From Candidatus Heimdallarchaeota archaeon B3_Heim (GTDB taxonomy: Archaea > Asgardarchaeota > Heimdallarchaeia > Hodarchaeales > Hodarchaeaceae): a stretch of DNA of 32,000 nt. Below are positions 9,972-19,812 of this stretch, piece by piece. Location of the stretch: NCBI GenBank assembly GCA_003144275.1, contig NJBF01000002.1, positions 1 through 32,000 of the forward strand, read 5' to 3'. The notes under the pieces are model-generated. The model saw only the letters and a program-made list of their open reading frames with translations. It was not told where the DNA came from and made no database searches. Position 1 is the first letter of the stretch. Each line of letters begins with the position of its first letter. The position numbers and the translations under genes were made by a program.

Positions 9972-10157
9972 CAGAATGATCGGTATAAGAAGACTGGTTT
10001 GAACATTCACGAATAAAAATGCCTGTTCAATCTCATCTATCATTCTCTTCTTTTTTTCCTAAAGACAACGTCATTTCTCCCATTTTAATTTCCTCTTCCT
10101 TGAAAAGATATTTAGGTGATATTGACTTAGAATTTCTCAAATACTTCTGGTGAATAT

Positions 10158-10856
10158 ATGAAACAACTTATGACAAGCATTTATTGGCTCCTTGGTCAAG
10201 GATTTGATTGTAACGTATTCATTATTGAGGCAAAGCAAGAATCAATGATGATAGATACAGGCGCAGGTAATGCTTTGAATCAAAGATTTGGTGCAAGCTC
10301 ACCAAATATTGAAACACTTAAACAAGCGATAAAAACGAAACGAGTTACGCACATTTTTCTGACACATGGTCATATTGACCATATTGGTGGGATTTCTTCA
10401 CTTCAATCTGAGGTGAATTGCACAATATCTGCTTCGTATGAGGAAGCCAGACATTTAACTTCAGGTAACAGTCCATACCTTGATCCGATAATGAATTCAA
10501 CTTGTTCTCCCATCAAGATAACCAAGAAATATGGAGAGGGGGATACAATCACAGTTGGAAATCACCATTTTCAGGTGTTAGAAACACCAGGACATACAAA
10601 AGGATCGTTATCTCTTTACGAACCTGACAAGAAAATACTCATTAGTGGTGATACAGTTTTCCCTCAAGGATCCTTTGGAAGAACTGATCTTCCTTCTGGA
10701 TCTAGTTCAGAGCTTCTAAATTCATTAAAGCGTTTATCTGATCTTGAAATCCATGTTCTTTTACCAGGCCATATGCCTCCTATCATTTCCCAGACACCCA
10801 TTAATTCTATTAAAGATTCATTCCGTAATGCCCAAACTATGCTTTCGTATTATTGA
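10158..10856 (+). CDS. Metallo-beta-lactamase-fold hydrolase
   Basis: IDTG, THGHIDH, TPGHT, SGD, PGH. Confidence 0.92.
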   Translation: MKQLMTSIYWLLGQGFDCNVFIIEAKQESMMIDTGAGNALNQRFGASSPNIETLKQAIKTKRVTHIFLTHGHIDHIGGISSLQSEVNCTISASYEEARHLTSGNSPYLDPIMNSTCSPIKITKKYGEGDTITVGNHHFQVLETPGHTKGSLSLYEPDKKILISGDTVFPQGSFGRTDLPSGSSSELLNSLKRLSDLEIHVLLPGHMPPIISQTPINSIKDSFRNAQTMLSYY

Positions 10857-11348
10857 AATAATTTGTTTACAGGTATCTTCAATGCTTCTTTCATCATTTT
10901 GAATTTCATAAATTATCTCTGGTGGATAAAATTCTGTAAAGTCATAAAATAATACATTCATGATTTCTGCTTCGAGATTTGACTCAATTTTCTCCTCAGA
11001 GTAACACCGTGTTTCAAGTCGTTTCCGTAATGTGGGGGTAGAGGAATGTAGAATAATGATATAATCGATTGGAAGTTTTAGTAATACCATTCCGCTAGAT
11101 ATACAAATTTTATTTGTAGTTCTAAGTTTCCTCAATAGTTCTTTAGTTAAAAGCTCATCATCGACAATTAGGGTATCACGATTAATATCATAGCCAAGAT
11201 ACAGCCCTTCCTTTATGATAAGATCATTTAGCTCCAGAAAATCAAGATTCAGATTACGTGACAAATTTTTTGCTACAGCTGTCTTACCAGTTCCAGGTGT
11301 ACCAGTAATATAAATACGTAACACAGAATTGTCACTCATAACAACCAA
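10818..11348 (-). CDS. AK6/hCINAP/Fap7-like adenylate kinase
   Basis: ITGTPGTGKT and RLETRCYSEEKIESNLEAEI. The His-containing Walker B typical of the family is not evident. Confidence 0.8.
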   Translation of the reverse strand: MVVMSDNSVLRIYITGTPGTGKTAVAKNLSRNLNLDFLELNDLIIKEGLYLGYDINRDTLIVDDELLTKELLRKLRTTNKICISSGMVLLKLPIDYIIILHSSTPTLRKRLETRCYSEEKIESNLEAEIMNVLFYDFTEFYPPEIIYEIQNDERSIEDTCKQIISIIRKHSLGITE

Positions 11349-11474
11349 CTACACTTTATTTGTTAAACTCAGTCTTAATTTACTCCCGATTCTACTTTAT
11401 GTAGGTTTAAATTATGATCTTAATAAAGAGGGTGTAGAAAAGAGAGGATTCTATCCCGAGAATGGTAATGTATC

Positions 11475-13955
11475 GTGAGCTCAACAATTTCAATTGTAGC
11501 GGAAAAACCCTCTATTGCAAGAGCATTAGTTAGAGCATTCTCTATCGTATATAAAATGAAATTTAAAAGCCGAAAAGGTGAAACTCGCTATAATTATATC
11601 TTTGAAGCCTCAATTGAAGAGCAAAAAATCAAGTTTACAATTGAAACAATCGAATATCGATTAAAAAAGGGGGATAAAATACTAGTTTCCAGCGTTACTG
11701 GGCACATTCTCAACTTTGATTATCCCCCACCTTTTGATAAAGATACAAATTGGCATAATTCTGATCCTATCGAAATGGTCGAAATTGAGCCTATTGAAAA
11801 AGCTATTCATGATAATATGATTGACCATCTATTAAATATTGGATCCACTTCCAATGTACTAATAGTTGCAACCGATTGGGATGGTCATGGGGAGGCGATA
11901 GGTCGAGAAATTGTTGAGGTGGCGAGTAGAAATAATAAGAAAATTCGTCATGGTAGAATGAGATTCACAAGCACCAATCCCTTATCTCTCCAACGTGCAT
12001 TTGAATCGCAAACTGGGTTAAATTGGGACTGGATACGACAAGTTGACTCACTGAGAAAGCAAGATCTAAGAATGGGATCTTCTATCACCCGTTTTTTAAC
12101 TGTAGGGGTTCAAGATCGAGGTATACATAATCAGATGATTTCTTACGGCCCATGTCAGACAAGTGTATTGTATTTAATTACTAGTCGATACATCGAGAAT
12201 AAATCATTTATTCCTGAACAATTTTGGAAAATTTCCCTCAAGACTATGGTGAATGATAAGCCATTATTCCTCGACTGGCATGGTAACCCATCTAGCGATG
12301 AAGAAACTATCAATGATATTATAAATAAACTTGAAAAAGAAGAAACGGTGGTTGTTAGTGATTTTAATGAAGAAATAGGCTCAGTTCGAAGACCACTCCC
12401 TCTGGATACAGATACTCTTGAAGCAGAGTGTTCCAATTTTTTTAAAGTAAGTCCGAAGCAAATTTCTGATATCGCAGAACGTCTTTATAATAATGGATTT
12501 ATTACCTACCCAAGAACTGAAAGTTCATATTATCACGAAAAAGATTTAACGAAATTAACCAATATATTTGCCGATCATACCGAATTTGGTGAAATTGCTC
12601 AAGAATGTATAAATCTTGGGGGAGTGACCAACCCGTCAAAGGGACGTTTTACGAAAGATCACGAACCTATTAAACCTGTTAAAGCAATCACAAAAAAAGA
12701 TTTGGAGAAAACATTTGCGAAGACTCCTTCAATTATTAACTTATCTTGGGCAATATATTCTTACATTGTATGGAGATTTCTTGCAACTGTTCATGTTGAT
12801 GCAAAAACCCTTGATCAATACATAATTTTAACTGTTGGTGGAGAAGATTTCAAAGGTAAGGGGAAATTGATAACAGAATTAGGGTTCCTTAAATTCTATC
12901 AATATCGGAATATTGTTTCCTCAGAAATACCGAAATTAGAAAAACTCACTAATTTTCCTTTTGAAACAAATAAACACGTAGGGTTTACTACCCCACCACC
13001 ATTATGGAACGAATCTATGCTAATTCGAAAAATGTCAGAATTAAACCTAGGTACTGACGCCACCCGATCATCTCACATTGATACAGTTCAAAAACGTAGG
13101 TACACTATTCCAACTGGTACTCAGCGGATATTAATTCCTACTCCACTGGGTTTAGCCCTATATCATGTACTTAACAACAATGCACAAGACTTAATCCTTC
13201 CTGAAATTCGAGGAAAAGTAGAATCATGGACACAGCAAATTCGAGAGCACAAAAAAACAGCTGAAGAAGTAGATAAATTAGTAATTGATTTAACTACGCA
13301 AGGTATCATGGCTATGAAATCTAATGAAGAGGATATCTTTTCAACCTTAGCTACAAGCTTTAAAGAGATGACAGGAGTGGGAAATGTCTTAGGAGTGTGT
13401 CCAGACTGTGAAGGAGATTTAATATTAACTCAAGGAAAAAAAGGATCACGATTCTTAAGATGTGCAAATCCTCTTTGTGAAGCAAGTTTTCCTCTTCCAA
13501 AGAAAGGAGAATTAGTAAAATTAGAGGATGAATTCTGTAGGATATGTAATGCTACTCCTTTGTTAGTTACTGTAAAATATCACAATTGGGTAATGTGTCC
13601 AGTTTGTTGGACACGAGAGGCGAGTTCGGATCGTCCTTGGTTTTGTAGTGATTGTAATCGTGAAGAATGCCCGTATTCAGGCTCCTGGAAAGCTAAGACA
13701 AGCGACGAACCTTTAGGTAAATGTCCTGAGTGTAATGGAAATGTTTCCCTTCAAATTAATGATGGTACTGCACAAATAGAGTGTAACTCATGTAATAAGG
13801 TCTGGAAAACCCCCAAACTTCGCCCTAAAATGTCTATTACACTGGGAAAGGCGTGTACAAAATGCGGAAGGAAGACCTTATCAGTTGTAAAACAAGGTAA
13901 AAAGCCTTATCGATTATGTGTTTTCTGCTCTCTTTTTTATTTTGATGATTATTAA
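11475..13955 (+). CDS. topA: Type IA DNA topoisomerase, topoisomerase III (TOP3B-like), with a C-terminal zinc-finger array
   Basis: VAEKPS, SVTGH, ATDWDGHGEAI, SYGPCQT, GFITYPRT (catalytic Tyr codon 12507-12509), LGTDAT. Nine CxxC-type motifs from 13398 onward. Confidence 0.93.
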   Translation: MSSTISIVAEKPSIARALVRAFSIVYKMKFKSRKGETRYNYIFEASIEEQKIKFTIETIEYRLKKGDKILVSSVTGHILNFDYPPPFDKDTNWHNSDPIEMVEIEPIEKAIHDNMIDHLLNIGSTSNVLIVATDWDGHGEAIGREIVEVASRNNKKIRHGRMRFTSTNPLSLQRAFESQTGLNWDWIRQVDSLRKQDLRMGSSITRFLTVGVQDRGIHNQMISYGPCQTSVLYLITSRYIENKSFIPEQFWKISLKTMVNDKPLFLDWHGNPSSDEETINDIINKLEKEETVVVSDFNEEIGSVRRPLPLDTDTLEAECSNFFKVSPKQISDIAERLYNNGFITYPRTESSYYHEKDLTKLTNIFADHTEFGEIAQECINLGGVTNPSKGRFTKDHEPIKPVKAITKKDLEKTFAKTPSIINLSWAIYSYIVWRFLATVHVDAKTLDQYIILTVGGEDFKGKGKLITELGFLKFYQYRNIVSSEIPKLEKLTNFPFETNKHVGFTTPPPLWNESMLIRKMSELNLGTDATRSSHIDTVQKRRYTIPTGTQRILIPTPLGLALYHVLNNNAQDLILPEIRGKVESWTQQIREHKKTAEEVDKLVIDLTTQGIMAMKSNEEDIFSTLATSFKEMTGVGNVLGVCPDCEGDLILTQGKKGSRFLRCANPLCEASFPLPKKGELVKLEDEFCRICNATPLLVTVKYHNWVMCPVCWTREASSDRPWFCSDCNREECPYSGSWKAKTSDEPLGKCPECNGNVSLQINDGTAQIECNSCNKVWKTPKLRPKMSITLGKACTKCGRKTLSVVKQGKKPYRLCVFCSLFYFDDY

Positions 13956-14135
13956 TCCATTTCTGAAAACTTCGGATTCCATGTAAATTCACTTGTATTT
14001 ACGTTAAATTCTTTTTTAATTCAGATCTCTTCTAATCACGAAAATAATCAATATTCAATCATAGATGAATAGAATAATATAAAATACCACAAGGGATAAA
14101 GGAAATTCATCTGCATTCAGTAGCTTGATTAAAAC

Positions 14136-16466
14136 TTGAATGCCGAGAAATCATCTCTTTCAGTGGTATATATGAGTTCTAGTAAAAACTTCGGTAGAGA
14201 TTCCGCCCCCTCTGCAATTCGCTACCTTGTGCTATTAAGCGCACTTGTTTCAGGAGTAACAGCCCTTTCATTTCTTCCAAAATTGGCTGCTCCTAATACT
14301 GCAGAATCGAACTTTCTTGAAGTAGCTATTCCTGTATTCACGGCGTTTGCATTGGTTTCTGTTCTTGAATGGTTTTTATTAGGCCGTTCCCGGAAAATGA
14401 GAGGCCCTTATGGGTTTGCATTTGTGATGGAGATTTTAAAAACGGTTGCTCTGGGAGTGGGAGCAAATGAATATGCTAGAAGTGTTGAAGGAGGATCTTC
14501 TGGAGATTTTTTACTGTTACAATTAACGACAATTGCCATTCTCTTTATGCTTGCCCTCACGAAATTTGCGAGAACCCGAATTGAGGAACTGGCACAAAGA
14601 GATATTAGTAGGCACATTCTGAATTTATTACCAACCATTCTAGTCATTCTCCTTTTTATGGGAACCTATGTTTCTGAAATTGCAGGTCTTGGTACACCCC
14701 GTCAACGCCGTGATTTCGATACATATACTGATAAACCAATTAATTGGGATATGTTTAACACCACCCCTACTTGGGATGCTACCTATATTCTGGAAAATCT
14801 CCTAGATCAGTTCACAGCAGGATTAACTGCTCCTGATATAGTTTTATTTAATGTAACTAGTGACGACCCTACTGATTCTACAGAACCGCCTGCTTATTGG
14901 CGAATATCCAATTTAGACGATTACGAATATACTGATAAACCTCCTTACACCACCGATTGGAATCCAAGTACATCAGTAAAACGCGATACATTTACTTACT
15001 CCAGTGTTGTTCCCTCGGATTCTCGAACTGCACGTTTCACAGTGGAAACGCCTTTAAATCTCAATAGCATAACAGCTGATGTTACCATTCATCCAAGTTT
15101 TCCGAATATGTTACCTACGACTTGGAATGGACCCATGGGATCCTATGTAAGCTCTAATGACTTCAAATTGTATGATAGTGACGATGTTCAGGTATTTCCT
15201 GTAAATCCGTCAGATGAACGTGTAAAGGAAGTTTTTCCCAACGCAGATCCTGACGACCTATTTGGGATCTATGCTAATTTGCAGGTTGCAGATACATCTA
15301 GTGAGGCAGGACGTTTTGAATATATCATGGATTACCAGGCACCTGATATTCAAACAGCCGCTGCATTCTCCTTAACCCGTTCAGAAGCAGATTATCTACG
15401 ATGTGGGATACACCCTGTTACTTGGGAATCAATTAAATCGCGTTATCTTCAGACTCCACAGGTAGTTCCGTTCGGTTTCGCAAACTATGCTGCTTGGGCA
15501 CCATTAGTTGCTAGTACAGCTTCAGATTGGAATGAATCTCAACAAACAGTATTTGGTCAGTCATATGCTAATATGCTAAAATTTGGGAATCAAAGCGAAT
15601 TCACATTTGATACGGATATGTGGCTTGGCGAACAATTGGGATTGATGGCTCATCCAGCTGAATACGAGGATTATAATCAATGGTTTCTCGAAAGAGGTTC
15701 GGGAGTATCTTTACACTTTGCCTCAGCCTATACCATAATTAATCGTATCCAAAAAATTCCTACTCGCGTCGTTATAGGATATTTGGCGGGAAACGACTCT
15801 TATATCTATGGTGGGAAACGTGCAGTCACCTCCCGATTCTTACATGCTTGGGCAGAAGTATTGGTTCCAATAGACCCAAACCCCTTATTACCAGGTGATG
15901 AACGCGTTGAATGGATGAGTTTTGATCCGCTTCTGAGCCAATTGGCTGAACAATATGGTTTCGAGCTTCCCACAGATATTATCCCAACGTCAAGTGAAGA
16001 ACAAACCACATTTATTCGTGCAGATTATGACTTGGAAACAAAAGGTTTAGCACAAGCTTATGTTGATAATGCTCTTGCACAGGCGACAGGTGACTGGATT
16101 TTTGGTAGATGTACGGTTAATAACAGTGTGTTAGGCCAGGGAGCGACTCTTCATGATGGGGATCACGTCATTATATCTACACGTTTTATTTCGGTTCCCT
16201 CAGCCGCTACATGGTTACCTTACAACAATGCAACCGTGTCATTTTACATTGCAACCACAACTGAAAATGCCACTGGAAATATTGAAGATGTTGGTACTCC
16301 AATCGGTTCAGGTATAACTACATCAAATGGAGTGGTAACGATATCTTTGGATATTGATATTGCAACCCATGGGGTTAGAACAGTCAATTTTTATGCTCTG
16401 ATTCTACTAGGCTCAACTCCAGTGCGGAAATTTGCCGTATCGTTTTCATATAGTATCACTTTCTAG
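14136..16466 (+). CDS. Membrane-anchored transglutaminase-like (TgpA-type) protein
   Basis: About 4 N-terminal TM helices; core HFASA...IPTRVVIGY...HAWAEV...WMSFDP. Confidence 0.8.
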   Translation: MNAEKSSLSVVYMSSSKNFGRDSAPSAIRYLVLLSALVSGVTALSFLPKLAAPNTAESNFLEVAIPVFTAFALVSVLEWFLLGRSRKMRGPYGFAFVMEILKTVALGVGANEYARSVEGGSSGDFLLLQLTTIAILFMLALTKFARTRIEELAQRDISRHILNLLPTILVILLFMGTYVSEIAGLGTPRQRRDFDTYTDKPINWDMFNTTPTWDATYILENLLDQFTAGLTAPDIVLFNVTSDDPTDSTEPPAYWRISNLDDYEYTDKPPYTTDWNPSTSVKRDTFTYSSVVPSDSRTARFTVETPLNLNSITADVTIHPSFPNMLPTTWNGPMGSYVSSNDFKLYDSDDVQVFPVNPSDERVKEVFPNADPDDLFGIYANLQVADTSSEAGRFEYIMDYQAPDIQTAAAFSLTRSEADYLRCGIHPVTWESIKSRYLQTPQVVPFGFANYAAWAPLVASTASDWNESQQTVFGQSYANMLKFGNQSEFTFDTDMWLGEQLGLMAHPAEYEDYNQWFLERGSGVSLHFASAYTIINRIQKIPTRVVIGYLAGNDSYIYGGKRAVTSRFLHAWAEVLVPIDPNPLLPGDERVEWMSFDPLLSQLAEQYGFELPTDIIPTSSEEQTTFIRADYDLETKGLAQAYVDNALAQATGDWIFGRCTVNNSVLGQGATLHDGDHVIISTRFISVPSAATWLPYNNATVSFYIATTTENATGNIEDVGTPIGSGITTSNGVVTISLDIDIATHGVRTVNFYALILLGSTPVRKFAVSFSYSITF

Positions 16467-16732
16467 TTCTGTTTGGGAAAATTATCTTTGACCAAAATGA
16501 TTATTTTTGCATTAGAACACTACATAGGTATGATTCAGTTTTTGCCTTCCGCTGTAATACCATTATTTGTTCTCAATTTTGTATTAGAATTCGGATGTAG
16601 AATCCCATAAAAAAATCAATACATATAAATATAAGGCAAATTTAGATGATTTTATAGATATACTTGTGTGTCTTATAATTAAACACTGAAACAAGCAAAT
16701 ATCTGTTAACATTAATGGAGCACGATTAAATT

Positions 16733-17032
16733 ATGTCCAAAGATAAAGTTTACGGATACGGAATATCCATAATTACAATAATATTACTTCTATTATACAC
16801 ATGGTTTCTACCTATTCAAAAATACTTTCCAGATGTTGTAGAAGCTTTTAATCCACTAGGCACTACGCCAACAGATGCAATGCTATGGCCTGTTTACTTG
16901 GCAACCCTAATGATTGGCTTTATCATCGCTTGGATTGGAATTACTATGGCTACTACTCCACCACCAGAGCCCATTGACCTCGATGATTTAAATCTTGAAG
17001 ATGAAGATTTTGATGAAGAAGACAAAGATTAA
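16733..17032 (+). CDS. Small two-TM membrane protein with an acidic tail (archaeal WIG.TMATTPPP family; DPM2-like)
   Basis: DKVYGYG...LYTW in TM1, WIGITMATTPPPEP after TM2, D/E-rich C-terminus. Confidence 0.7.
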   Translation: MSKDKVYGYGISIITIILLLLYTWFLPIQKYFPDVVEAFNPLGTTPTDAMLWPVYLATLMIGFIIAWIGITMATTPPPEPIDLDDLNLEDEDFDEEDKD

Positions 17033-17077
17033 TCATCCTCATTTTTCCTTTTTCTAATAATTTTGAAGTAATTTTTT

Positions 17078-18139
17078 TTAAACTACAGGATCGGGAATTC
17101 CCAGAAGGTTATCTAACATATTTGGGAAATAAATTGCAATTAAAAAAAGTACAACGATGATGATTCCTGTAACCATTAGTTGTTTATCCAATAATAACCT
17201 TTCTGCCTTTCTACTGGCAACAGAATTCCTTGAAATCAAGTACAAAAACCGAAAGAAGAGAAAAGTAATCAAAGGTAATGCTACAACAATAAATACGGTT
17301 TCTTTTGGATGCCTTTCAATAAGATAGATGAAGATTGCTAAGATTTCAATGGCTGTTATAGTTGAAAGACTTTGATTCAGTAATTCAGGAGTGTAACTTG
17401 TAAAGACAGCTTTATGTTTACTTGCCTCTGTTCCTAAAAATGCAAGGTCACCTTTACGTTTTGCTAAAGAAAGCATCATGGCCGTAATAAAACATAGAAT
17501 AATCAACCATGGAGATACAGATACTGTGATAAGAACCGCTCCTGCAATAGCTCGCCAAACGTAGTTTACTGAAATTGTCACGATATCAGCAAATACTATA
17601 TCTTTCAAGAGAAGAGAGTAAAGTTGACTGGTTACAAATAATCCTACTAATACAAGGAAAAACGCCGTTTTTGACGGAATAATGATACGACCTTCTTGGA
17701 AAATCTCACCCTCTTGAATTTGAGGTGTATGAAGGATTATTTGGGTGGATGTTAATGGAATTAGGTAGACCAGCCCTATTGTTATCACAACTAATACGAA
17801 CATCAACCCGAAGGCTTCAGTACTCGAAACCTTACCTGAAGGAATTGGGCGATAGGATTTTTCGGGATGATGGCGATCCTTTTCTCTATCACGAAAATCA
17901 TTGATTATGTAATTTAAGGAAGAGACAAGACAAAGGATGATAAAAGCCATAATCATAGGAAACCATAAATCAACTCGAAACAAATTTTTAGAGAAGAATA
18001 ACCCAAAAAAAACTAATACATTCTTGTAATACTGGTGAGGACGAAAAAGAACAACGATTGCCTTAAGACGTTCATTAACCGTATATCGGGGAATTTGATT
18101 TATAGTGGTTGAATTATTGTTCAAAAAAGTTTTCTCCAT
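17078..18139 (-). CDS. UbiA-family transferase, decaprenyl-phosphate phosphoribosyltransferase-like
   Basis: RPHQYYKNVLVF, YIINDFRDREKDRHHPEK..RPIPSG, DIV, LSLAKRK.DL. Confidence 0.85.
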   Translation of the reverse strand: MEKTFLNNNSTTINQIPRYTVNERLKAIVVLFRPHQYYKNVLVFFGLFFSKNLFRVDLWFPMIMAFIILCLVSSLNYIINDFRDREKDRHHPEKSYRPIPSGKVSSTEAFGLMFVLVVITIGLVYLIPLTSTQIILHTPQIQEGEIFQEGRIIIPSKTAFFLVLVGLFVTSQLYSLLLKDIVFADIVTISVNYVWRAIAGAVLITVSVSPWLIILCFITAMMLSLAKRKGDLAFLGTEASKHKAVFTSYTPELLNQSLSTITAIEILAIFIYLIERHPKETVFIVVALPLITFLFFRFLYLISRNSVASRKAERLLLDKQLMVTGIIIVVLFLIAIYFPNMLDNLLGIPDPVV

Positions 18140-18177
18140 GCGAGTTCATTGCAAGATATCATAAATTTCTAATTTAT

Positions 18178-18546
18178 TCATCCTGTGCTATATTGAAGCA
18201 ACTCAAAAAGCACCATACCGGGATCAAGATCGTCTCCAATAGCAGCTAAGATATTATCTAAGTCTATTCGCAATACAACAAGATAACGATTCGCACGGCC
18301 TTCTTTTGCCACAATTCCACGATTATTTTTCATTACCATTTCGTAAATTTCATCATTAGCTAATCTAATAGGCATAGCAATTTCTGATTCCATCACAGCT
18401 TGAATATTAGATTTTATGATAGCATTCACGAAGGATTCCTCTCCAATACGCTCAACAGCTTCATAATTTTTACTAAAATGTATTAAAGCTTTTAATTCCA
18501 GCTCATCATGGATAGAGTTAAGTGTGAATGGCGATTTCTGCGACAT
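18178..18546 (-). CDS. Hypothetical protein
   Basis: 122-aa ORF, co-directional with the UbiA gene; no recognised motif. Confidence 0.6.
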   Translation of the reverse strand: MSQKSPFTLNSIHDELELKALIHFSKNYEAVERIGEESFVNAIIKSNIQAVMESEIAMPIRLANDEIYEMVMKNNRGIVAKEGRANRYLVVLRIDLDNILAAIGDDLDPGMVLFELLQYSTG

Positions 18547-18606
18547 CGTTGATCCATTAACCTAAAAAAATCTAAAAATTTTAATTTTTCTTAAGAGCGA
18601 TACTAA

Positions 18607-19023
18607 GTGAAACACATAAGTACTTTTCAAACTGCAGAATTGGTATTAATTCCTATTACATTTGTCTTCAGTCAAATATTGATAATCTTATTTGGATTGT
18701 CAATTATAGGTGAAGATACATGGACTTTTATGGGATTTCCGATGGTTGTTGGGGGTTTAATAGCAATATCCCTAATTATTGTATTAAATAATAAAGTTGA
18801 GATTAATAAATTTTGTCAACTAGAAATTATTTTTAGGATTATTACCATCATAGGAGGAGTTTTATTTATTTTAATCCTGGGGTTGCAGATTATTTTCCAA
18901 GCAACTGGAATCTTGATATTTTCTCTCCTCTCACTTGTAATATCAATCATTGGAGATATGATGACCATTCAATGTATTTATTTCTTGCAGAAATTCGTTA
19001 TTGGGCGGGATCGTTCAGAATAA
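18607..19023 (+). CDS. Hypothetical 4-TM membrane protein
   Basis: Four hydrophobic segments. Its 3' end overlaps the convergent ACD gene by 26 nt. Confidence 0.55.
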   Translation: MKHISTFQTAELVLIPITFVFSQILIILFGLSIIGEDTWTFMGFPMVVGGLIAISLIIVLNNKVEINKFCQLEIIFRIITIIGGVLFILILGLQIIFQATGILIFSLLSLVISIIGDMMTIQCIYFLQKFVIGRDRSE

Positions 19024-19702
19024 TTCGAGCATCGACAACAGTCACACCCTTATCCGTAGCAAAAATTGGATTAAGGTCTAACTCTTCAATTTCAGGAAAT
19101 TTTTCAATGAACTTTGAAGTTTTCATTAATAATTCAATTAACGCTTTCTTGTCAACTACTGGCTGACCACGAATACCATCCAGTATTTTTGCTGCCTTAA
19201 TCTCCGAAATCATTTCAGTTGCATCTTCTTGCTCAATTGGAATTAACCGAAATACAACATCTTTCAAAATTTCTACATAAATTCCCCCAAGACCAAATGC
19301 CAAAATAGGTCCAAACATTGGATCCTGGGTAGAACCAATTAATAATTCGATTCCAGATTCCATCTTTTCAATCAAAAAGCCTTCTATTCGAGCATTGGGA
19401 AGAGATTTAGCAATTTTTTCTTTCATTATCTCAAATTGTTCTTTTAATTCCTCAACACTTCTAATATCAGTAATCACTCCTCCAATATCTGATTTATGAA
19501 GGATATCCTCAGAGCTAACCTTTAGTACAATAGGAAAACCTATTTTTTTCGATTCAGATATTATTGCTTCTAGAGATTGTCCATAACCTGTTGGATTAAC
19601 TGGAAATCCTTCTTTTATTAGAATGGTTTTTGATTCCTGAACTGTTAATACCTTTCTTTTCTGTTGTATTGCTGAGGTTAGGATTTTTTTAGCTTCGGAC
19701 AT
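18998..19702 (-). CDS. acdB: Acetate--CoA ligase (ADP-forming) beta subunit, ATP-grasp
   Basis: GFPIVLKVSSEDILHKSDIGGV, DPMFGPILAFGLGGIYVEILKDV, ELDLNP, VDARI. Confidence 0.93.
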   Translation of the reverse strand: MSEAKKILTSAIQQKRKVLTVQESKTILIKEGFPVNPTGYGQSLEAIISESKKIGFPIVLKVSSEDILHKSDIGGVITDIRSVEELKEQFEIMKEKIAKSLPNARIEGFLIEKMESGIELLIGSTQDPMFGPILAFGLGGIYVEILKDVVFRLIPIEQEDATEMISEIKAAKILDGIRGQPVVDKKALIELLMKTSKFIEKFPEIEELDLNPIFATDKGVTVVDARIILNDPAQ

Positions 19703-19812
19703 GTTTTTACCTTCTTACTATTCTCTTATCGAGTTTCATATATTACCTCATATCAGATGGTAAGGATGTCGCTCCTGATAAGAACACTGAACGAAAATAT
19801 GGAGGAATGGGG

